Source: an uncultured delta proteobacterium (GTDB lineage Bacteria > Myxococcota > Myxococcia > Myxococcales > Anaeromyxobacteraceae). From it: a stretch of 64,000 nt of DNA. Positions 58,651 to 64,000 of this stretch are shown piece by piece. The stretch lies in NCBI GenBank assembly GCA_963814585.1, contig CAWFDF010000014.1, forward strand, positions 160,001 through 224,000, written 5' to 3'. The notes beneath the pieces were generated by a model. It made no database searches, was not told where the DNA came from, and was given only the letters and a program-made list of their open reading frames with translations. Both the position numbers and the translations under genes were made by a program. Every line of letters begins with the position of its first letter. The stretch's first letter is position 1.

Positions 58651-59412
58651 ATGAAGCGTGAGAGCCACGATCAACGCATCGCCCTGTTCATCGACTTCGA
58701 GAACCTGGTCACCCGCACCGGCCACTCGGCCGACAACTTCGACCTCCAGCCGGCGCTCGACACCCTGCTGGAGAAGGGCAAGGTGGTCTTCCGCCGCGCC
58801 TACGCCGACTGGACCCGCTTCGCGGCCGCCACCCAGCGCCTCCACGACAAGGGCGTGGAGCTGATCGACGTGCCCCCGTCCACGCGCGCCGGGAAGAACG
58901 GAGCCGACGTCCGCCTGGTGATCGACGCGCTCGAGCTCTGCTACCTGCGCGAGCACATCGACACCTTCGTGCTCGCCTCCGGCGACTCGGACTTCTGCCC
59001 GCTGGCCTACAAGCTGCGCGAGAACGACCGCACCGTGATCGGCATGGCGGTGAAGGAGGCCACCAGCCCGCTCTTCGTGAAGGCCTGCGACGAGTTCATC
59101 TACCTGCGCGCGCCCGCCAAGCGGCGCGAGGCCAACGAGCCGCCTCGCGAGAAGCCGCCGGCCAAGGAGAAGGTCATCCCGGAGATCGCCCGGGAGGCGA
59201 CCGCCGCGCTGCTCTCCAAGGCGACCTCACCGATCAACCCGTCGGCCATCAAGGCGGCCATCGTCCGGCGCGAGCCGGACTTCGACGAGCGCGACCACGG
59301 CTTCTCCTCCTTCTCGCGGCTGCTCGAGGCCATGGAGGTGGCCGGGCTGCTCCGGCGGGAGCAGGGGGCCAAGGGGCAGTGGTACGTGCTGCCCCCGGCC
59401 GAGACGTCGTAG
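58651..59412 (+). CDS. NYN (LabA/DUF88) domain protein with OST-HTH/LOTUS domain
   Basis: ALFIDFEN, RRAYADW, GKNGADV, SGDSDF, ACDEFIY, DFDERDHGFSSFSRLL. Confidence 0.92.
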   Translation: MKRESHDQRIALFIDFENLVTRTGHSADNFDLQPALDTLLEKGKVVFRRAYADWTRFAAATQRLHDKGVELIDVPPSTRAGKNGADVRLVIDALELCYLREHIDTFVLASGDSDFCPLAYKLRENDRTVIGMAVKEATSPLFVKACDEFIYLRAPAKRREANEPPREKPPAKEKVIPEIAREATAALLSKATSPINPSAIKAAIVRREPDFDERDHGFSSFSRLLEAMEVAGLLRREQGAKGQWYVLPPAETS

Positions 59413-59509
59413 GCCTCCATCCGGGGTGGCGCCAATGGGCGCGCCATGACGCACCGTGACGGCCTGGTGACCGGGTTCTGGCATCATCTTTCGCCAGGAG
59501 AACCCGACG

Positions 59510-61285
59510 ATGAACCGCCCGCCCATCCACCGCTTCCCCGATCGCACCCTCCCCGCCCAGCTGCTCCGCACCGTCCAGCGCTTCGGAGAGAAGCCGTTCC
59601 TCCACTTCTTCGACCCGGCTCGCCCCGACGCGCCCCCGCGGCTCGTCACCTTCGCCGGCTTGCGCGAGCTGACGGCGCGCGCCGCGACGTTCCTGGTGGA
59701 GGCCAGCCTCGCCCCCGGCGACCGCGTCCTGCTGCTGGCCGAGAACGCGCCGGAGTGGGTGGCGGTGTCGCTGGCCACGCAGACGCTGCGCGCCGAGCCG
59801 GCCGGCCTGTTCTCGGTCCTCTCGACCGAGGCCTGCGCGTCGATCGCCCTCCGGGTGAGGCCTCGCGTGGTCTACGTCTCCACCGAGGCGCAGTGGCTCA
59901 AGCTGGCGCCGGCGGCGGCCCAGCTCATGGCGGCCGGGCTGCGCGCCGTGCTCTCGCACCAGCCGCTCCCGGCCGCCTCGCTGCCGGCCGGCCTGCGCGT
60001 GGCGACGGTGGCCGAGGCGCTGGGTGAGGGGGCCACCCCGCTGGCCGACTTCGACGCACGGGCCGCCGCGGTGAAGCAGGACGACCCCTTCCTCCTCCTC
60101 TTCACCAGCGGCACCACCGGCCGGCAGAAGGGGGTCAGGCTCTGCCAGCGCGCCATCACCACCGCCATCGAGAACGGCGCCGCCGGCTGCGAGACCACCG
60201 CCGACGACCTCGGCCTCCACCTCCTCCCCTTCGGCCACGTCGCCGGCCACGACCAGCTCTGCCTGGCGCTGGCGCAGGGACACGGCCTGGCGATGATCGC
60301 CCGCAAGGAGGACCTGGCCCGCGCCCTGGCGCTCTCGCCCACCTACGTCTTCTCGGTGCCGCTGGTCTACGAGCGGATCCGCGCCCAGGCCCTCTCGTCC
60401 ATCGGGAACATGCCGTCGCCGCTGCGCCGGCTCCTCACCGCCGGGCTGCAGGCGGGCGTGCGCGTGCGGGTGGACGGCTCGCGCTCCCCGCTCGATCGGC
60501 TGCTCGGCGCCATCGCCTCGGCCCTGGTGGGCGGCAAGGTGCGGCGCGGGCTGGGTGGCCGCGTGCGCGGGGTCTTCTCGGGAGGCGCCCCGGCGGCTGC
60601 GGCCCTCTTCCGCTTCTTCGAGGGCCTGGGCATCCCCTTCATCGAGCTCTACGGAATGACCGAGACGGCCGGGATGATCTCGCAGAACCCGTTCGGCGGC
60701 CCCCGCCGGGCCGGCTCGGTCGGCCTGATCTCCCCCGACCATGAGGCGCGCCTGGCCGAGGACGGCGAGCTGCAGGTGCGTGGCCCGCTGCTCCTCACCA
60801 GCTACCTCGAGCCGGAGGACAACGCCGGGGCCTTCACCGAGGACGGCTACTACCGGACCGGCGACATCGCCCGCCTCGACGCCGACGGCTCGCTCTGGAT
60901 CACCGGCCGCAAGAAGCACCTCCTGGTCCTCTCCACCGGCAAGAAGATCGCGCCCGAGCCGATCGAGCTGGCCATCGCCTCGACCCCGCCGTTCCAGGGA
61001 GCGGTGCTGCTCGGCGAGGGCCGGCCGTTCGTGGCCGCCGCGGTCTTCGTCGAGGCCGAGGTGCTGGCCCGGCTGGCGGCCACCGGACGGGAGTCGCCCG
61101 AGGCCCTGCTCTCCTCGCTGGACGCGGCGCTGGCCGGCTTCTCGGCCCACGAGAAGCCCAAGAAGCTGCTGGTGGTGGCGGGCGCGCCCACCGACTACCC
61201 GGAGCTGGTGACCCCGACGCTCAAGGTGAAGCGCGACGCCGCCGTCGCCTTCCTCGGCCCCCGCGTCGCGGCCCTCTACGCCTGA
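59510..61285 (+). CDS. AMP-dependent long-chain acyl-CoA synthetase
   Basis: FTSGTTGRQKG, YGMTET, YRTGD, ITGRKKHLLVLSTGKKIAP, TPTLKVKR. Confidence 0.92.
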   Translation: MNRPPIHRFPDRTLPAQLLRTVQRFGEKPFLHFFDPARPDAPPRLVTFAGLRELTARAATFLVEASLAPGDRVLLLAENAPEWVAVSLATQTLRAEPAGLFSVLSTEACASIALRVRPRVVYVSTEAQWLKLAPAAAQLMAAGLRAVLSHQPLPAASLPAGLRVATVAEALGEGATPLADFDARAAAVKQDDPFLLLFTSGTTGRQKGVRLCQRAITTAIENGAAGCETTADDLGLHLLPFGHVAGHDQLCLALAQGHGLAMIARKEDLARALALSPTYVFSVPLVYERIRAQALSSIGNMPSPLRRLLTAGLQAGVRVRVDGSRSPLDRLLGAIASALVGGKVRRGLGGRVRGVFSGGAPAAAALFRFFEGLGIPFIELYGMTETAGMISQNPFGGPRRAGSVGLISPDHEARLAEDGELQVRGPLLLTSYLEPEDNAGAFTEDGYYRTGDIARLDADGSLWITGRKKHLLVLSTGKKIAPEPIELAIASTPPFQGAVLLGEGRPFVAAAVFVEAEVLARLAATGRESPEALLSSLDAALAGFSAHEKPKKLLVVAGAPTDYPELVTPTLKVKRDAAVAFLGPRVAALYA

Positions 61286-61911
61286 TCTCCGTGGCTGCCC
61301 CGGCGCGGCCTCCAGCCGGGCCGGTGGCGCGGGCTCCTGCGCGCGTCCGTGCTGCACTCCAGCTGCAGCTCGACCGCGCGGCGGAAGGCGGTACGCATGG
61401 GCGCGAAGCGGGCCGGATCCCCCTCCAACGCCGCCAGCGCCTCGGCCACCGCGTCGATGGTGGCGAGGTGGCCATCCACGGGCTCGCGCCGCAGGCCGCC
61501 GTAGCCGCTCGGCGCCACCGCCACCACGCCGATCCGCGGCAGCGCCGCGATGGCCGGGTTGGCGCGCAGCATCTTCGCGGCCTGCCGCCAGGTGCCGTCG
61601 ATGACCAGCAGGGACTCGGGAGGTGGACCGGCCAGCTGGTCGGCCGGGGTCGACCCCTCGCCGGGGAAGAGGAGCATGGTGCCGGGCGAGGCGCAGAGGG
61701 CCCGCACCCGGGGATGGTCGGCGAAGCAGAACCCCTGGAAGAGCTCCGAGCCGGCCAGCGCCACGTGGGTCAGCCAGGCCGAGCAGATGGCCAGCCGGGC
61801 CTCGCGCGGGTGCTGCAGGATCACCACCCGCGTTCGCGGCGCCAGCGTCGGCAGCTGGGCGCAGACGCAGAAGTCCTCCGGCCGGAGACAGCGGCGGCAC
61901 ACGGTGCGCAC
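61276..61911 (-). CDS. DTW-domain tRNA-uridine aminocarboxypropyltransferase
   Basis: CRRCLRPEDFCVC, LQHPRE, LLFPG, IDGTWRQA, LATIDA. Confidence 0.88.
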   Translation of the reverse strand: MRTVCRRCLRPEDFCVCAQLPTLAPRTRVVILQHPREARLAICSAWLTHVALAGSELFQGFCFADHPRVRALCASPGTMLLFPGEGSTPADQLAGPPPESLLVIDGTWRQAAKMLRANPAIAALPRIGVVAVAPSGYGGLRREPVDGHLATIDAVAEALAALEGDPARFAPMRTAFRRAVELQLECSTDARRSPRHRPGWRPRRGSHGDQA

Positions 61912-61920
61912 GGCGGCCGC

Positions 61921-62364
61921 TCAGCGCTGGATCAGGAAGACGCCGGCCGCCAGCAGGGCCACCCCGGCCAGCCGCCCCGGGGTGACCTCCCGGGTGGCCA
62001 GGCCGAGCACGCCAGCGCCATCGAGCAGCAGGGCCGAGACCAGCTGGCCGGCCAGGATGACCGCCAGCGAGGTGGCCACGCCGAGGCGTGGCGTGAGCAC
62101 CACGGTGGCGTAGACGAAGAAGGCGCCGAGGGCGCCCCCGGTCCAGGTCCACCAGGGCGCCCGGGCCAGCTGGGCCGACGTGGGCAGCGCGGCCCGTTGC
62201 ACGACGAGGACCGCGGCCATGGCGACGAAGCCCACGCCGAAGTTGGCCAGGGTGGCCCACTCCGGGCGCCCCAGGTGCTGGCGAAGGGCCGAGTTGAGGC
62301 TGGCCTGGACCGGGATCCCGGAGCCGGCCACCAGGCCGAGCAGGACGAGCAGGAAGGTCTCCAT
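61921..62364 (-). CDS. YdcZ/DUF606-family DMT membrane protein
   Basis: PVQASLN, PWWTWTGGALG, PRLG, GQLVSALLLD. Confidence 0.9.
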   Translation of the reverse strand: METFLLVLLGLVAGSGIPVQASLNSALRQHLGRPEWATLANFGVGFVAMAAVLVVQRAALPTSAQLARAPWWTWTGGALGAFFVYATVVLTPRLGVATSLAVILAGQLVSALLLDGAGVLGLATREVTPGRLAGVALLAAGVFLIQR

Positions 62365-62498
62365 GCCGCCCTTCTACCCCACGTGGCGGCCCCGGGCACC
62401 CGGCCCGCACCCACCTGCGGAGAGCCGCCACTTTCACGGTGCGGATGTCAGGCCACTTGAGTAGGGTGCGCCGTCGCCCACTCCCAACCGAGGAACGC

Positions 62499-63281
62499 AT
62501 GCACCCTCATCACCCGAAGCCGTCCCCCGTCCGCCTGCTGGCCGCCCTCACGCTCGCCGCCCTGCTGGCGCCAGCCGCGGCCCAGGCCGAGTTCGGGACC
62601 ACCAACTTCCAGCTCCTGCAGGGGTACAGCTTCACCAAGGACGCCAACGATCCGAACAGCACCACCGACGAGAAGCTGACCACGCTGACCGTCAACCACT
62701 TCAGCACCTGGGCCTACGGCGACAACTTCGTCTTCGCCGACTTCGCCAAGGGCAAGGGGGTCAACTTCGGCGGCGACTCCAACGTCTACGCCGAGTGGCA
62801 CCCCCGCCTCTTCCTCAACAAGCTGGGCGCGCCCGCCGGCGGCTTCATCAAGAACTGGGGCATCGCCGGCGAGATGAACATGGGCGGCAACTTCTTCGCC
62901 TACCTGGGCGGCGCCACCGTCGACCTCGCCATCCCCGGCTTCCAGGTGGCGGGCCTCTCGGTCTTCTACCGCTACGACAAGTTCGCCTACAGCACCTGGC
63001 AGGTCAGCCCGTGGTGGGACGTGCCGTTCAAGATCGGCCCCACCAGCTGGGACTTCTCCGGCTTCGTCGACGTCACCACCAACAAGGACGGCGACATCGA
63101 CGTGATGACGCAGCCGCAGCTCCAGCTCGACCTCGGCGCCTTCGCCGGCGCCCCGGGCAAGATCTCCGCGGGCGTGGAGTGGTACCTGCACACCTTCACC
63201 GACTTCACCGGCAAGAGCCAGACGGTGTCGGCGCCCCAGATCATGGTCCAGTGGACGCCCTTCACGCAGTTCGTCCCCTAG
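62499..63281 (+). CDS. Tsx-like nucleoside-specific outer-membrane channel
   Basis: Signal peptide; STWAYGDNFVFAD, YAEWHPRL, FSGFVD, TQPQLQLD; adjacent to a uracil permease. Confidence 0.78.
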   Translation: MHPHHPKPSPVRLLAALTLAALLAPAAAQAEFGTTNFQLLQGYSFTKDANDPNSTTDEKLTTLTVNHFSTWAYGDNFVFADFAKGKGVNFGGDSNVYAEWHPRLFLNKLGAPAGGFIKNWGIAGEMNMGGNFFAYLGGATVDLAIPGFQVAGLSVFYRYDKFAYSTWQVSPWWDVPFKIGPTSWDFSGFVDVTTNKDGDIDVMTQPQLQLDLGAFAGAPGKISAGVEWYLHTFTDFTGKSQTVSAPQIMVQWTPFTQFVP

Positions 63282-63372
63282 GTAGCCGTCACTCCCGGAC
63301 CTCCCGGGCGACCATCGGCCAGGCCGGTGGTCGCCTCTCCACCTCCACGCCTCGAGCCGTGAAGGACCGCCC

Positions 63373-64000
63373 ATGACCACGCCACGGACCATCCAGATCG
63401 AGGAGCGCGTCCCGCTCCTGCAGGCCTTCCCCCTGTCGCTCCAGCACCTCTTCGCCATGTTCGGCGCCACCGTGCTGGTGCCCTTGCTGGTAGGCCTGCA
63501 CCCCTCGGTGACGCTCTTCACCAGCGGCGTCGGCACCCTGCTCTACATCCTCATCACCAAGGGGAAGATCCCCGCCTACCTGGGCTCCTCCTTCGCCTTC
63601 ATCGCCGCCATCGCCTCCATCACCCACGCCTCCTTCGGCGTGCCGTCGAGCGACGAGGCCATCGCCCTGGCCATGGGCGGCTGCGTGGTGGTCGGGCTGA
63701 TCTACGTGGCGGTGGCCGCCGCCATCGGCGCCTTCGGCTCGGGCTGGATCAACAGGCTCCTGCCGCCGGTGGTCATCGGCCCGGTGGTCATGGTCATCGG
63801 CCTCGGCCTGGCCCAGGTGGCCGTGGCCATGGCCACCACCGGCAGCGGCGTCCCGTCCAACGTGTTCAAGCCCGAGCTCTTCCGCGGCGACTACTTCGCC
63901 GTGGCCATGGCGGCGCTGGTGATCGCCATCCTGGCGGCCCAGTTCCTCAAGGGCTTCCTCGGCGTCATCCCCGTCCTGATCGGCGTCATCGGCGGCTACA
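63373..64000 (+). CDS. uraA: Uracil/xanthine permease (NCS2, UraA/PyrP-like), truncated at window edge
   Basis: Manual translation: SLQHLFAMFGATVLVP, SGVGTLLY, IPAYLGSSFAFI, LLPPVVIGPVVMVIGL. Confidence 0.9.
   Translation, partial: MTTPRTIQIEERVPLLQAFPLSLQHLFAMFGATVLVPLLVGLHPSVTLFTSGVGTLLYILITKGKIPAYLGSSFAFIAAIASITHASFGVPSSDEAIALAMGGCVVVGLIYVAVAAAIGAFGSGWINRLLPPVVIGPVVMVIGLGLAQVAVAMATTGSGVPSNVFKPELFRGDYFAVAMAALVIAILAAQFLKGFLGVIPVLIGVIGGY

Overview
Very GC-rich chromosomal window. Gene content (myxobacterial-type TonB receptor, many c-type cytochromes, sigma-54 systems) suggests Anaeromyxobacter-like Myxococcota; this is inference, not a database result. The left half (about 1-32 kb) is a cytochrome island centred on a ~3,080-aa lipoprotein cytochrome c. 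By manual count it has about 73 haem-binding motifs (about 60 CxxCH plus 13 non-canonical CxxxCH/CxxxxCH) in 13 five-haem modules, including a recent 1,203-bp internal duplication. Upstream on the same strand lie a dedicated System II maturation pair (ResB/CcsA), a beta-propeller lipoprotein, a B12 radical SAM enzyme and a LuxE-like acyl-protein synthetase; a second B12 radical SAM gene lies downstream. The island also holds a glycosylation cassette (GT4, GT2, DUF2304, GT-C/TPR-like), a split CbcL-like cytochrome c/b pair, and two histidine kinases each with a periplasmic CxxCH. The right half is mostly housekeeping and transport: purU, an RND pump, an ExbB/ExbD/TonB/TBDR operon, an M2 peptidase, pgm, mgtC, fdhE, thiD, a NYN protein, an acyl-CoA ligase, a DTW protein, a Tsx-like porin and uraA. 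Non-coding signals include a sigma-54 promoter with a candidate upstream activator palindrome, an FNR-like box, a dispersed ~75-nt repeat (one copy inside 25-bp inverted repeats), a 43-bp tandem repeat and several apparently leaderless promoters. Single-base insertions in two genes look like sequencing errors. No rRNA, tRNA, CRISPR array or intact transposase was recognised.
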